Part shown: positions 29,199-42,022 of the stretch, piece after piece
Layout of the letters: the number at the start of each line of letters is the position of its first letter
Numbering within the stretch: the stretch's first letter is position 1
Assembly: GCA_964614915.1 (NCBI GenBank)
Contig: CAZTNC010000002.1
Location: 32,575 to 96,574, forward strand
DNA from: an uncultured Thiotrichales bacterium
GTDB lineage: Bacteria; Pseudomonadota; Gammaproteobacteria; UBA4575
Length of the DNA stretch: 64,000 bases
Direction of reading: 5' to 3'
Program-made: the position numbers and the translations under genes
Notes under the pieces: generated by a model
Seen by the model: the letters and a program-made list of their open reading frames with translations, nothing else
Database searches by the model: none
Told to the model about the DNA's origin: nothing

Positions 29199-30557
29199 AT
29201 GTTTGAAAATTTGACGGGCCGTCTTGGCGGAACCGTAAAAAAACTGCGTGGGCAAGCACGCCTGAGCGAGGAAAATATTCAGGATACGCTACGTGAAGTC
29301 CGAATGGCCCTGCTTGAGGCGGATGTGGCTTTGCCCGTGGTGCGTGGATTCATTGACAGCGTCAAGCAGAAGGCGCTGGGTAAGGAGGTTTTGCAAAGCC
29401 TTTCCCCTGGTCAGTCCTTTATCAAGGTCGTGCATGATGAACTGATCCACCTCATGGGGGATGCCAACGAGGAACTCACCTTGGCGGCGCAGCCTCCGGT
29501 GGTAATCCTGGTCGCGGGCCTGCAAGGGTCCGGCAAGACGACTAGCATAGCCAAGCTTTCCCGCTGGCTGAGCGAGCAGCGTAAAAAAAGCGTCGCGGTG
29601 ACAAGCTGCGACGTGTACCGGCCAGCAGCGATTGACCAGCTGGAGACGCTGGCCCGGCAGGTGGGCGCCGAGTTCATTCCGAGTGAAACCTCGGAGAAGC
29701 CGGTCGAGATTGCCCGTCGCGCCGTGGACCATGTTCGCAAACAGTTCAAGGATGTCTTGCTGATCGATACGGCAGGCCGCTTGCATGTCGATGACGACAT
29801 GATGCAGGAAATCAGCGCCCTGCATGCTGCCGTGCAGCCTACGGAAACCCTGTTTGTGGTGGACAGCATGAGTGGCCAGGATGCTGCGGTCTCCGCCCAG
29901 GCCTTCAATGATGCCCTGCCGCTGACAGGTGTGGTCCTGACAAAGACCGACGGGGATGCGCGCGGGGGAGCTGCCCTGTCCGTGCGGGAAATCACGGGCA
30001 AGCCGATCAAGTTTTTGGGTACGGGTGAAAAAGTCACGGCGCTGGAACCCTTTCACCCGGAGCGCATCGCCTCACGCATCCTCGGCATGGGCGATGTCGT
30101 AAGCTTGGTCGAGAAGGTTGAGCAGGAAGTCGATCAGGCGCAGGCACACAAGCTTGCCCGGAAAATCAAAAAGGGGAGGGGCTTTGACTTGGTGGACCTC
30201 AAGCAGCAGCTTGAGCAGATGATGAACATGGGCGGCCTGACCAGCCTGGTCGACAAGATTCCCGGAACAGCAGGCATGTTGCCCCAGAATGCCAAGGCGC
30301 TGGCGGACGAGAAGATGCTGCCCCGGATGATCGCAATCATCTCTTCAATGACACCCCACGAGCGCCGTTTTCCAGATGTGATCAAGAATGCGCGCAAGCG
30401 AAGAATTGCAGCCGGCTCCGGCACACAGGTACAGGACGTCAACCGCCTGTTGAAACAGCATATGCAGATGAAGAAAATGATGAAGAAAGTTTCCAAAAAA
30501 GGGGGGTTGCAGAGAATGATGCAGGCCATGCAGGGCAAGGCCCCGCCTCCCCACTAG
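29199..30557 (+). CDS. ffh: Signal recognition particle protein
   Basis: GLQGSGKTT, DTAGR, TKTDGDARGGAALS, Met-rich M domain. Confidence 0.98.
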   Translation: MFENLTGRLGGTVKKLRGQARLSEENIQDTLREVRMALLEADVALPVVRGFIDSVKQKALGKEVLQSLSPGQSFIKVVHDELIHLMGDANEELTLAAQPPVVILVAGLQGSGKTTSIAKLSRWLSEQRKKSVAVTSCDVYRPAAIDQLETLARQVGAEFIPSETSEKPVEIARRAVDHVRKQFKDVLLIDTAGRLHVDDDMMQEISALHAAVQPTETLFVVDSMSGQDAAVSAQAFNDALPLTGVVLTKTDGDARGGAALSVREITGKPIKFLGTGEKVTALEPFHPERIASRILGMGDVVSLVEKVEQEVDQAQAHKLARKIKKGRGFDLVDLKQQLEQMMNMGGLTSLVDKIPGTAGMLPQNAKALADEKMLPRMIAIISSMTPHERRFPDVIKNARKRRIAAGSGTQVQDVNRLLKQHMQMKKMMKKVSKKGGLQRMMQAMQGKAPPPH

Positions 30558-30650
30558 TCCTGCACGCTGCGGAACAGGAGTGGTTTGGCTTTCTTTTCGG
30601 ACTAAATTGCGTACAATGCACGATCTTCTGACACGTACTGGATGATATTT

Positions 30651-30902
30651 GTGGTAACGATTCGACTGTCCCGGGGCGGAGCGAAAAAACGCCCTTTTTA
30701 CAACATTGTGGTCACGGATTCCCGCAAGCGCAGGGACAGTGGGTATATCGAGCGCATCGGCTATTTCAATCCGGTTGCAAAAGGCCAGGAAGTTGGCTTC
30801 TTCATTGAAGCTGAGCGCTATGAGCACTGGCTGGGGCATGGCGCACAACCGAGTGAGCGCGTGGACAGCCTGGTCAAGCAGCACCTCAAACAGGCGGGAT
30901 AG
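30651..30902 (+). CDS. rpsP: 30S ribosomal protein S16
   Basis: [24 protein letters not shown]. Confidence 0.97.
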   Translation: MVTIRLSRGGAKKRPFYNIVVTDSRKRRDSGYIERIGYFNPVAKGQEVGFFIEAERYEHWLGHGAQPSERVDSLVKQHLKQAG

Positions 30903-30927
30903 CAGGAGCCGCAACCCGTTCGGGAAG

Positions 30928-31446
30928 TTGGGCCAGCATCCGGGCATCCAGGTAGGCTACGTACAGGGAGCCTTTGGGATTAAAGGCTGGCTCAGGATTC
31001 ATTCCTTTTGCCGCCCGAAAGAGCAGATCCTTGAATATGCCTCGTGGGATTTGCGCATGGGCCATCTCGAGAATTCCTATCAGCAGGACCAGGGCAGATT
31101 GCATGGCCATGGAGTGGTCGCGCATCTGTCGGGGATTGATACACGCACTCAGGCCGAGGCCCTCAAACGTGCCCAGATCTGGGTATCGACCGCGCAGTTG
31201 CCGTCATTGCCCGCAGGCGAATATTACTGGTACCAACTCATCGGGCTTGATGTGAACACGGTGGCCGGACAGTGGCTGGGGAAGATCGAGCGCCTGATGG
31301 AAACAGGTACGCATGACGTGCTTGTGGTCAAGGATGGCGGCAGCGGAACAGAAGTCTTGATCCCTTACCTGCCGGGTGATGTGGTCAAAGAAGTCGATCT
31401 CGAGCGCAAGCGGATGACAGTAGACTGGCTGCTGGAATTCAGCTAG
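30928..31446 (+). CDS. rimM: Ribosome maturation factor RimM
   Basis: GAFGIKGW, EYYWYQLIG, ETGTHDVLVV, LIPY; TTG start at 30928 inferred. Confidence 0.92.
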   Translation: MGQHPGIQVGYVQGAFGIKGWLRIHSFCRPKEQILEYASWDLRMGHLENSYQQDQGRLHGHGVVAHLSGIDTRTQAEALKRAQIWVSTAQLPSLPAGEYYWYQLIGLDVNTVAGQWLGKIERLMETGTHDVLVVKDGGSGTEVLIPYLPGDVVKEVDLERKRMTVDWLLEFS

Positions 31447-31455
31447 AAAGTTCTG

Positions 31456-32196
31456 ATGATGCGGATCCGGATTATTACCCTGTTTCCCGAGATGGTCCAG
31501 AACCTGGCCCGCTTCGGGGTCATTGGCCGTGCCATCGAGGGGGGTCTGGTGAAACTGGATACACTGAACCCGCGTGACTACTCAACGGACCCCCATGGCC
31601 GTGTCGACGATCGGCCTTTCGGGGGCGGACCGGGCATGGTGATGCGCTATGAGCCACTGCAAAAGGCAATTCACCAAGCCCGTGACAACGAGCCGGACAG
31701 CCATGTCGTGTGCCTGTCTGCACAGGGCAAGCTCTTCGAGCAAACGGATGTGGCTCGCCTGCTCACCCATGCCAATCTCGTGCTTGTGGCAGGGCGCTAT
31801 GAGGGCATTGATGAAAGACTGGTCGAAGCCGAAACCGATGAGGAGCTCTCAGTGGGCGATTTTGTTGTCAGTGGCGGAGAGCTGCCGGCAATGCTGCTGG
31901 TGGATGCCCTGATCCGGCATGTGCCCGGTGCGCTGGGGCACGAGGAATCGGCCCGGCAGGATTCCTTTGTTGACGGGATGCTCGATTGCCCGCATTATAC
32001 GCGCCCGGGGAAGATTGATGGCCGCGAGGTCCCGGAAGTACTGCTTCAGGGAGATCATCAAGCCATCGAGCGCTGGCGAGAGAAGCAGGCGCTGGGGCGT
32101 ACCTACCTGCGCAGGCCGGATGTGTTTGCCAGGCTGGACCTCAGCGAGGAGCAGAAAGTCCTGCTGGAGGAGTACCTGCAGGAGCAGGGGATTTAA
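31456..32196 (+). CDS. trmD: tRNA (m1G37) methyltransferase
   Basis: VDDRPFGGGPGM, GRYEGIDER, SGGELPA, PHYTRP. Confidence 0.98.
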   Translation: MMRIRIITLFPEMVQNLARFGVIGRAIEGGLVKLDTLNPRDYSTDPHGRVDDRPFGGGPGMVMRYEPLQKAIHQARDNEPDSHVVCLSAQGKLFEQTDVARLLTHANLVLVAGRYEGIDERLVEAETDEELSVGDFVVSGGELPAMLLVDALIRHVPGALGHEESARQDSFVDGMLDCPHYTRPGKIDGREVPEVLLQGDHQAIERWREKQALGRTYLRRPDVFARLDLSEEQKVLLEEYLQEQGI

Positions 32197-32220
32197 TGAA
32201 TACCAAGGTAAGAGACAGTC

Positions 32221-32565
32221 ATGACCAACATCATCGAAGAGCTGAACCGAGAGCAGCTTAAACAAGACATTCCGGAATTCAATCCCGGTGATACCGTGGT
32301 GGTGCAGGTCAAGGTAAGGGAGGGAAACCGTCAGCGTTTGCAGGCTTTCGAAGGAGTCGTCATCGCCAAGCGCAATCGCGGAATCAACTCGGCATTCACC
32401 GTGAGGAAGCTTTCCCATGGAGAGGGAGTCGAGCGCACCTTTCAAACGCACAGTCCCCTGATTGCGGGCATCAAGGTCAAGCGCAGGGGCAAGGTAAGAC
32501 GCGCCAAGCTGTACTACCTGCGGGGCAGGACTGGCAAGGCCGCCCGAATCAAGGAAAAAATCTAG
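32221..32565 (+). CDS. rplS: 50S ribosomal protein L19
   Basis: [26 protein letters not shown]. Confidence 0.98.
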   Translation: MTNIIEELNREQLKQDIPEFNPGDTVVVQVKVREGNRQRLQAFEGVVIAKRNRGINSAFTVRKLSHGEGVERTFQTHSPLIAGIKVKRRGKVRRAKLYYLRGRTGKAARIKEKI

Positions 32566-32652
32566 CCTCTTCCAGCTTTTGCAGAATCTCCATTCCCGCT
32601 TCAATGGGGAATATACGCCCGACAGCAGACACGGGTAAAATCAGCCATTCCA

Positions 32653-33123
32653 ATGAGAAAAACGATCTTAGCGACGCCGATCGGAAACCTTGCAGTGGAA
32701 TACGAAGGTGATTTCGTGGTGGCTGTGCGGTCTACGAGTGCAGACACGCTCACCGCTAGAGACTCCTTTGCAAGGGAGGTGCGAAGACAGCTCAAAGCCT
32801 GGTTCGCGGGACGGCTGAAGACGTTTGACATCCCGTTCCTGTTTCCGGATGCGACCGACTTTCAGGTGCGTGTCTGGGACCAGATCACAAAGATTCCGTT
32901 TGGTGCCACGCAAACGTATGGAGAGATTGCCGGAAAAATCAAATCCGGGCCCCGAGCCGTGGGCGGCGCCTGCAGGTGTAATGACCTGCTGCTGATCGTG
33001 CCCTGTCACCGTGTAGTGGCAGCAACCGGCCTGGGAGGATTCATGGGCGACAGGGATGGCAGTCTAGTGCGCCGCAAGCAATGGCTGCTCGATCACGAGC
33101 ATAAATATCGGCACGGACGCTGA
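32653..33123 (+). CDS. ogt: Methylated-DNA-protein-cysteine methyltransferase
   Basis: FQVRVW, RAVGGAC, PCHRV active site. Confidence 0.93.
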   Translation: MRKTILATPIGNLAVEYEGDFVVAVRSTSADTLTARDSFAREVRRQLKAWFAGRLKTFDIPFLFPDATDFQVRVWDQITKIPFGATQTYGEIAGKIKSGPRAVGGACRCNDLLLIVPCHRVVAATGLGGFMGDRDGSLVRRKQWLLDHEHKYRHGR

Positions 33124-33157
33124 GGAAGGTCTGCGTCGGTAAACGGCCATTCAAGTT

Positions 33158-33859
33158 ATGCATATCCATTACCTCAAGCATGTGCCTTTTGAGGGTCTTG
33201 GAAGCATGGAGAATATTTTCGTTTCCGAGGAACACCGCCTTTCGAATACGTGCCTGTATCTGGGACAGGCGTTGCCACCCGTTCACAGCATCGATGCGCT
33301 GATCATCATGGGCGGACCGATGGGTGTGCATGACACTGCCCGCCATCCATGGCTGCTGCAGGAAAAGGAATTTATTGAGTCCGTGATGCACCGTCAGATT
33401 CCCGTGCTGGGTGTGTGCCTGGGTGCACAGCTGCTTGCCGAGGTGCTTGGGGCTCGTGTAACGAAAAACGCATGCGAGGAGATCGGCTGGTTTCCGGTGA
33501 GGCGCACACAGGAGCTTGATGGAACCTGTGCGCAAGATTTCCCGGCGAGCTTTGAGGCCCTGCACTGGCATGGGGACACGTTTTCGATCCCCTCAGGTGC
33601 GACCGGCTTTATTGCAAGCGAGGGCTGTGCGAACCAGGCCTTCGTGTACGGGGATCATGTGCTGGCCCTGCAATTCCACCTCGAGATGCTGCCCAGCCAT
33701 GTACAGGCCATCTACCAGGCATGCGGTGATCCTGACCAGACCGGTGCCTACATCCAGGGACTCGATGAGATGCTGGAGCCGGTCGAAAAATTTTGTCAGG
33801 CTCAGAAAATCCTGAGGAAATTCCTGAGAACCTTTATTTCTCGGGAAACGGCCATATAA
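33158..33859 (+). CDS. Type 1 glutamine amidotransferase (GMP-synthase-like)
   Basis: HVPFEG, MGGPM, GVCLGAQL, WHGDTF, QFHLE. Confidence 0.9.
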   Translation: MHIHYLKHVPFEGLGSMENIFVSEEHRLSNTCLYLGQALPPVHSIDALIIMGGPMGVHDTARHPWLLQEKEFIESVMHRQIPVLGVCLGAQLLAEVLGARVTKNACEEIGWFPVRRTQELDGTCAQDFPASFEALHWHGDTFSIPSGATGFIASEGCANQAFVYGDHVLALQFHLEMLPSHVQAIYQACGDPDQTGAYIQGLDEMLEPVEKFCQAQKILRKFLRTFISRETAI

Positions 33860-33893
33860 ACTAGCCAGTGGACTTGATTCACGGGAGAAGACG

Positions 33894-34100
33894 ATGGAAG
33901 ACAACAGCAGAAAAGACATTCGTGGACTGCTCAAGACGTTTGGCGTGCGCGCGGATGAAGCAATCGTGGGCCACTTGGCTAGGAACCCCGGGGTTGGCAA
34001 ACTCCGGCTGAAAGTGTGCCTGTGCGACCTGACGGACTACGGGGATCACACGCCGGACGAGGCTTTGTCATTGGAAGTGGAAGGTGACATCAACCGGTGA
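33894..34100 (+). CDS. Small hypothetical protein (68 aa)
   Basis: GGAG RBS; co-oriented between the GATase and htpG. Confidence 0.6.
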   Translation: MEDNSRKDIRGLLKTFGVRADEAIVGHLARNPGVGKLRLKVCLCDLTDYGDHTPDEALSLEVEGDINR

Positions 34101-34130
34101 ATTCCTGCAACTGATTTTTAAAGAGACAAG

Positions 34131-36035
34131 ATGAGCACGGAAACCAAAAAAGAGACTTTGCAGTTCGAGACCGAAGTCACTCAGCTGTTACACCTGATGA
34201 TTCATTCTCTTTATTCGAATAAGGAGATATTCCTGCGTGAGCTGATTTCCAATGCCTCGGATGCCTGTGACAGGCTGCGCTTTGAGGCCGTGTCCAATGA
34301 TGCCTTGCTGAGCAAGGACCCTGATCTCAAAATACAGGTCGAGTTTGACAAGGATGCCGGCACCGTCACGGTTCGTGACAACGGCATCGGCATGAGCCGT
34401 GAAGAAGTGGTCGGCAATATTGGTACCATTGCCCGCTCGGGAACCCGGGAGTTTCTCGACCAGCTCACCGGGGACCAAAGCAAGGACTCGCATCTCATCG
34501 GCCAGTTCGGAGTTGGCTTTTATTCCGCGTTCATTGTCGCCGAGAAAGTCACCCTGACCACCCTGAAGGCGGGCCTTGAGGATGACCAGGCGGTTCGCTG
34601 GGAATCCCAGGGTACGGGCTCGTACACCCTGGAAGATGTGAAAAAGGCCAAGCGTGGCACCGAAGTCGTCCTGCATTTGAAAAAGGATCAGGAAGAGTTG
34701 CTCAACAGCTGGCAACTTCGCTCCATCATTACGAAGTACTCTGACCACGTGCCTCTGCCGATTGAAATGCGGGAACTGAACGACAAGGGCGAGGCTACGG
34801 CGAAATGGGAAACCGTCAACAAGGCATCGGCACTCTGGGCCCGTCCCAAAGGCGAGATCAGTGATGAGGAATATGCGGAATTCTACAAGCATGTAAGCCA
34901 CGATTTTGCGGAACCCCTGGTCTGGACACACAATCGTGTCGAGGGCAAAACGGAATACATCTCGCTGTTGTATATTCCGAAGCAGGCCCCCTTCGACCTG
35001 TTCGAACCCAATCCTGCGCACGGTGTGAAACTTTATGTGCAGAGGGTATTTATCATGGATGATGCCGAAAAACTGCTGCCCCGGTACTTGCGTTTCATCC
35101 GGGGAGTCATCGACTCCAATGATTTGCCGCTCAACATCTCGCGCGAGATTCTGCAAAGCAACAAGATCATCGACAACATCCGTTCGGGCTCGGTCAAGAA
35201 GATTCTGGGTCTGCTGGAGAACATGGCTGCCAGCGAACCGGAAAGGTACCAGGAGTTCTGGTCCGTGTTCGGCAAGGTCCTGAAAGAGGGTCCTGGTGAA
35301 GATTTTGCCAACCGAGAAAAAATTGCCGGGCTCCTGAGGTTCGCCTCCACGAATCAGGACAGCGAACACCAGAATGTCTCGCTGGATGAATACATTGCCC
35401 GTATGAAACCGGAGCAGGACAAGATCTACTACATCACCGCGGACAGTCACGCAACGGCCAAGAGCAGCCCCCACCTGGAAATCTTTCGCGACAAGGGTAT
35501 TGAAGTGCTGTTGCTTGCGGACCGGGTGGATGAATGGCTGATGAGCCATCTGACCGAGTATCAGGAAAAATCCTTCGCGTCCATTGCCAAGGGTGAACTC
35601 GACCTGGGGGAGATCAGCGATGAAGAAGACAAGAAAGCGCTGAAGGAGAAGGAAAAGGAAGCCGAAAAGCTGGTCGAGCGTATCGGGAAAGTCCTGGAAG
35701 ACAAGGTGGAAGCAGTGCGGGTTTCACATCGGCTGACGTCCTCACCCGCATGCATTGTCCTGAGTGAGCATGAGATGGCCCTGTACATGCAGCATTTGAT
35801 GAAGCAGGCAGGGCATGAACTGCCCTCGACCAAGCCTGTCCTGGAAATCAACCCCGACCATACCCTGGTCAGACGAATGGAAGATGAACCGGCCGAGGAC
35901 CGGTTCGAAGACTGGGCCAGGATCCTGTTCGACCAGGCAATTCTTGCAGAGGGCGGGCAACTCGAAGACCCGGCGGCTTTCGTGAACCGGCTGAACCGGC
36001 TGATCAGCGAAATCAGCAGCGAAGCCGGCGCTTAG
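34131..36035 (+). CDS. htpG: Chaperone HtpG (Hsp90)
   Basis: [45 protein letters not shown]. Confidence 0.98.
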   Translation: MSTETKKETLQFETEVTQLLHLMIHSLYSNKEIFLRELISNASDACDRLRFEAVSNDALLSKDPDLKIQVEFDKDAGTVTVRDNGIGMSREEVVGNIGTIARSGTREFLDQLTGDQSKDSHLIGQFGVGFYSAFIVAEKVTLTTLKAGLEDDQAVRWESQGTGSYTLEDVKKAKRGTEVVLHLKKDQEELLNSWQLRSIITKYSDHVPLPIEMRELNDKGEATAKWETVNKASALWARPKGEISDEEYAEFYKHVSHDFAEPLVWTHNRVEGKTEYISLLYIPKQAPFDLFEPNPAHGVKLYVQRVFIMDDAEKLLPRYLRFIRGVIDSNDLPLNISREILQSNKIIDNIRSGSVKKILGLLENMAASEPERYQEFWSVFGKVLKEGPGEDFANREKIAGLLRFASTNQDSEHQNVSLDEYIARMKPEQDKIYYITADSHATAKSSPHLEIFRDKGIEVLLLADRVDEWLMSHLTEYQEKSFASIAKGELDLGEISDEEDKKALKEKEKEAEKLVERIGKVLEDKVEAVRVSHRLTSSPACIVLSEHEMALYMQHLMKQAGHELPSTKPVLEINPDHTLVRRMEDEPAEDRFEDWARILFDQAILAEGGQLEDPAAFVNRLNRLISEISSEAGA

Positions 36036-36107
36036 ACGAGCGTTTCCGATTATTGCATGGGGTCGGAAGCCCCCAGAGACAAGTGGATACCGGGTGCCGG
36101 CCCGGCC

Positions 36108-36767
36108 CTACAGCAGGCTTCCCAGATGCCCGTTTTGCGCCCTGATCTTGCTGGTGTAGTGCAACTCGAAATCTTCGATGATTGATTTCTGCACCGACTC
36201 CAGGGTGAGCAGGTTTTCTTTCCATCGCTGCAGCTTCGGAAAACGGCCCCAGTCCAGGAAATCGATCTTTCTACATATGAAATCCAGGCGTATCAGCAGC
36301 GGCGCATAGGCCGCATCAACCAGGGCGAAATTGTCACCATTGAAAAAAACAGTGTGTGCCAGAATGTTCTCCACATACTGCAGCCGTTCTTCACATACAC
36401 TCATTTGCTGGCGCATCTCGTTTTCCGTCTTGGCATCGGCCATCATGTAGAGGTCTGCTAGGCATGTGCCCCCGAATTCGATCCACGCACGGTTTTTTGC
36501 CAGGGTAAGCGGGTCCGATGGCTTGAGCGTGCCCGGGGTCACATCGTCAACAAATTCATTGATCACTGCGGACTCGAACAGCACCTCGGAGTCGTCCACT
36601 TTGAGGACCGGTACCCTGCCAAGTGGCGAGATTTGCAGGAACCAGTCCGGAGGGTTGGCCAAATCGATGAAAGTGATCCCGTACTCGCAGCCTTTGTGAT
36701 TCAGCGTGATCACGCTGCGCTGTACGAACGGGCAGACATTAAAGCTTACAAGTTCCAGATTGGCCAT
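36108..36767 (-). CDS. Canonical glutathione S-transferase family protein
   Basis: CPFVQR, SPLGRVPVL, LFESAVI, FALVDAAYAP. Confidence 0.9.
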   Translation of the reverse strand: MANLELVSFNVCPFVQRSVITLNHKGCEYGITFIDLANPPDWFLQISPLGRVPVLKVDDSEVLFESAVINEFVDDVTPGTLKPSDPLTLAKNRAWIEFGGTCLADLYMMADAKTENEMRQQMSVCEERLQYVENILAHTVFFNGDNFALVDAAYAPLLIRLDFICRKIDFLDWGRFPKLQRWKENLLTLESVQKSIIEDFELHYTSKIRAQNGHLGSLL

Positions 36768-36959
36768 TTTCCGACATGAAGTTTGGAAAGTGCGACATTA
36801 TACGTGCTGCAGGCGAAATGGGAACACGCATGCCGGTCCGGTATCAGAATGGCGGAATGGCAGCGCCCAGTTTCACGGGCACTACGAGGCGAGGGGTCGG
36901 GAGTCTTTAGGAAAGGGGGAGGCAGTCCGATATGGAACGCCTCCCCTGTGTTTACACAA

Positions 36960-39173
<2,214 letters not shown>

Positions 39174-39237
39174 TTATCAGATCTTTATTATTGCTAATTC
39201 GTGTTGCATTTATATTGTACTGGCATGAAGTTTTCTA

Positions 39238-39274
39238 ATTCATTTTCCCGAATGTATTAATCGATTTTGCTAAT
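39238..39274. promoter_or_regulatory. Putative OxyR-type binding site upstream of katG
   Basis: ATTC-N7-CGAA-N7-ATCG-N7-TAAT, a degenerate match to ATAG-N7-CTAT-N7-ATAG-N7-CTAT. Confidence 0.45.
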
Positions 39275-39534
39275 GGATGGGGTGTCTGGGAGCAATTTGG
39301 AACCAATAATAAGGGCGTTTTGCGCATGCTGTTTGCCACTTGATCATGCCTTTCAAACTTGGAACTAGATCGAGTACCAGGCCGTCGGCCGGGTCTTGTG
39401 AGTTCGCCGAAGTGGCCTGCCAGATGGCCAGAGACGCGGACCAGAAGGGTGGTTTCGTCTGTTTTGCATGTGCCAGAGGCTGGGTGCAGTGGTATATTGC
39501 ACCAAGTACATTTCCTCGAAGATCTTTTTTTTTC

Positions 39535-40824
39535 ATGAAACCTTCTGCAACTGGCCGGCGCCGGGCGAATCCAAATCCCGGTGCGCAGGTCGACATTGAT
39601 ACCTCGCATATCAACCGCGATGCCCAGCGCGTGATTTCCGGGCTGCACGCGGCAGGATTCCAGGCCTACCTTGTCGGCGGCGGTGTCCGTGACCTGCTTC
39701 TGGGGTTTTCACCCAAGGATTTCGACATTGCGACCGATGCGCATCCCGAAGACGTGCGCAGGCAGTTTGAAAACAGTCGCATCATTGGCCGGCGTTTCCG
39801 GATCGTGCACGTATATTTCTCCCGCGGGTACGTGGAAGTTGCGACATTTCGTGCGGCCGGGCGTGCGCATGTCAACAAGCAGGGCCGGATTCTCGCCGAC
39901 AATACCTACGGGAGTATCGAGGAGGATGCATTTCGCAGGGATTTTACGGTCAATGCCCTGTATTACGATCCCGAGGCAGGACAGCTGCTTGACCTGGTGC
40001 AGGGCCGGCAGGATCTTGATGCCAAGCTGTTGCGGGTGATCGGTGATCCGGAGTTGCGCTTTCGAGAAGACCCGGTGCGCATGCTGCGCGCTGTGCGCCT
40101 GGCCGCCAAGCTGGGATTCAGGATCGAGGCGCAGGCGCAGGCCACCATTGGCCGTCTGGGTTACCTGCTGTCTGAGGTGCCGCCGGCGAGGCTGTTCGAT
40201 GAAATGCTGAAGCTGTTTCACGGTGGGTCTGCGGTACGGACCTTCAGGGCACTGCACGACTCCGGTCTGTTCAAATATCTGTTGCCGCTGACCGAAAAGG
40301 CACTGCTGGACCCGTCCCAGGAGAAGTTCGGTGATCTGGTCTACGGGGCCTTGCAGAACACGGATGAGCGAATTCGTGCGGGGAAACCGGTCACCCCCTC
40401 TTTTTTGTACGCGGTCTTTTTGTGGGGACCGATGCAGCGGCTTTCCCGGCAACTGGAACTGGAAGGCCTGTCTCCCAGGGTTGCACGAGAAGCCGCCATG
40501 AAAGACACCATCCTCTCGCAGTTGCGGTACACCGCGATCCCGAAAAGACTGGGGTTTCCGATACGCGATGTCTGGGAGCTGCAGTACCGGTTTTACCGCA
40601 AGCGCGGCAAGCAGGTGTTTCGCCTGTACCGCCATCCCCGTTTCCGTGCAGCCTATGATTTTCTGTGCCTGCGTGCCGGTGCAGGGGAACCGGTAGACAG
40701 GTTGTGTGAATGGTGGACAGTGTTTCAGGAGGCCGATCCGGCCACGCAAAAGAAAATGGCACGTTCGTCGGGCACCAAGGCGGGAAAAACGCTGTACCGG
40801 CCCGCGTCCAAGACCTACCACTAG
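39535..40824 (+). CDS. pcnB: Poly(A) polymerase I
   Basis: VGGGVRDLL, DFDIAT, IIGRRFRIVHV, RRDFTVNAL, HPRFRAAYDF; start uncertain. Confidence 0.95.
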   Translation: MKPSATGRRRANPNPGAQVDIDTSHINRDAQRVISGLHAAGFQAYLVGGGVRDLLLGFSPKDFDIATDAHPEDVRRQFENSRIIGRRFRIVHVYFSRGYVEVATFRAAGRAHVNKQGRILADNTYGSIEEDAFRRDFTVNALYYDPEAGQLLDLVQGRQDLDAKLLRVIGDPELRFREDPVRMLRAVRLAAKLGFRIEAQAQATIGRLGYLLSEVPPARLFDEMLKLFHGGSAVRTFRALHDSGLFKYLLPLTEKALLDPSQEKFGDLVYGALQNTDERIRAGKPVTPSFLYAVFLWGPMQRLSRQLELEGLSPRVAREAAMKDTILSQLRYTAIPKRLGFPIRDVWELQYRFYRKRGKQVFRLYRHPRFRAAYDFLCLRAGAGEPVDRLCEWWTVFQEADPATQKKMARSSGTKAGKTLYRPASKTYH

Positions 40825-40842
40825 GCACACATGGCCTGAAGC

Positions 40843-41367
40843 ATGGACCCGGGAGCCGACACCATGCTGGCATACATCGGTCTGGGCAGTAATCTGGAGA
40901 GTCCCGAAAAGCAGGTCCCGCGTGCCATGCAGACCTTGCATCAACGGCCTGACATCCAGTTGCTGCAAAGTTCGAGCCTGTATCGAAGCCAGCCCATGGG
41001 GATGGCCGGACAACCCGATTTTGTCAATGCGGTTGCCAAGATTTCCACGGACCTCTACCCTATGGAGTTATTGGCCATTCTGCAGGAAATCGAGCAGCAG
41101 CATCAGCGTGTGCGAACGGAGGAACGCTGGGGCCCGAGAACGCTTGATCTCGACATCCTGCTGTACGGGGACCTGCAGATGCACACGAAAGACCTTCAGA
41201 TACCGCATCCCGGCATAAGTGAGCGGGAATTTGTATTGATTCCTTTACAGGAGATAGAGGGGGACCTCATGATTCCCGGCAAGGGCAGCCTGCGTGAATT
41301 GATCGACAAGCTTCCCAGCTACCAGTTAACCAAGATCGCGAACCCGGATGTCGGAGCACAACCTTAA
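40843..41367 (+). CDS. folK: HPPK (folate biosynthesis)
   Basis: GLGSNL, DFVNAV, WGPRTLDLDIL, IPHP. Confidence 0.96.
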   Translation: MDPGADTMLAYIGLGSNLESPEKQVPRAMQTLHQRPDIQLLQSSSLYRSQPMGMAGQPDFVNAVAKISTDLYPMELLAILQEIEQQHQRVRTEERWGPRTLDLDILLYGDLQMHTKDLQIPHPGISEREFVLIPLQEIEGDLMIPGKGSLRELIDKLPSYQLTKIANPDVGAQP

Positions 41368-41998
41368 ATACATCGTTATCGAAGGATCGATCGGTGTTGG
41401 CAAGACCAGTCTGGCGCAGCGCCTAGGAGATGAGTTTGGCTCGTACCTGCTGCTTGAGCAGGCGGATGAAAATCCCTTTCTTGAGCAGTTCTACCAGAAC
41501 CCCAGGGAAGCGGCCCTGTCCACACAGCTGTTTTTTTTGCTGCGGCGGACCAAGCAGTTGCAGGAATTCAGGCAGGCCGATATCTTTTCCCCGGTCCGGG
41601 TATCCGATTTCCTGATTGAAAAAGACCAGCTGTTTGCGCAGATCACCCTCAATGCCAGCGAATATGAACTGTACAAGCAGGTGTACTCGTACCTGACGAT
41701 TGATGCTCCCAAGCCAGATCTGGTGGTGTATCTGCAAGCGCCTGTGGAAGTCCTGCTGCAACGCATACGAAAACGCAAGCGGGGCTACGAGCGCCTGATC
41801 GGTTCCGCCTACCTGGAACAACTGAATGCGGCCTATGCAAAATTCTTTTACAACTACACCGACGCCCCCTGTCTGATCGTGAACGCGAGCGAAATCGATT
41901 TCATCAACAGCGAAAAGGACTACCAGCAACTGCTGCAACAGATCCTGGGTACCACGGCAGGGAAACGCTATTTCAATCCGCTGCCGTTCGCCAGCTGA
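41348..41998 (+). CDS. Deoxynucleoside kinase
   Basis: IEGSIGVGKT, ENPFLEQFY, PDLVVYLQA. Confidence 0.9.
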   Translation: MSEHNLKYIVIEGSIGVGKTSLAQRLGDEFGSYLLLEQADENPFLEQFYQNPREAALSTQLFFLLRRTKQLQEFRQADIFSPVRVSDFLIEKDQLFAQITLNASEYELYKQVYSYLTIDAPKPDLVVYLQAPVEVLLQRIRKRKRGYERLIGSAYLEQLNAAYAKFFYNYTDAPCLIVNASEIDFINSEKDYQQLLQQILGTTAGKRYFNPLPFAS

Positions 41999-42022
41999 TT
42001 CCGTAACGGTCCAGCACATCCC

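Noticed and set aside
30706-30927. N-terminal extensions in the ORF track (rimM here; also radA, pcnB, znuB, mutL, purA, bamC)
   Set aside because: They overlap upstream genes or lack an RBS; family-typical starts lie downstream
34188-35549. Long antisense ORFs (453 aa here; also 718-1743, 19790-20881, 39709-41013, 41423-42478, 42717-43841, 46517-47629)
   Set aside because: They overlap well-supported housekeeping genes on the opposite strand; typical GC-rich codon-bias shadows with no motifs
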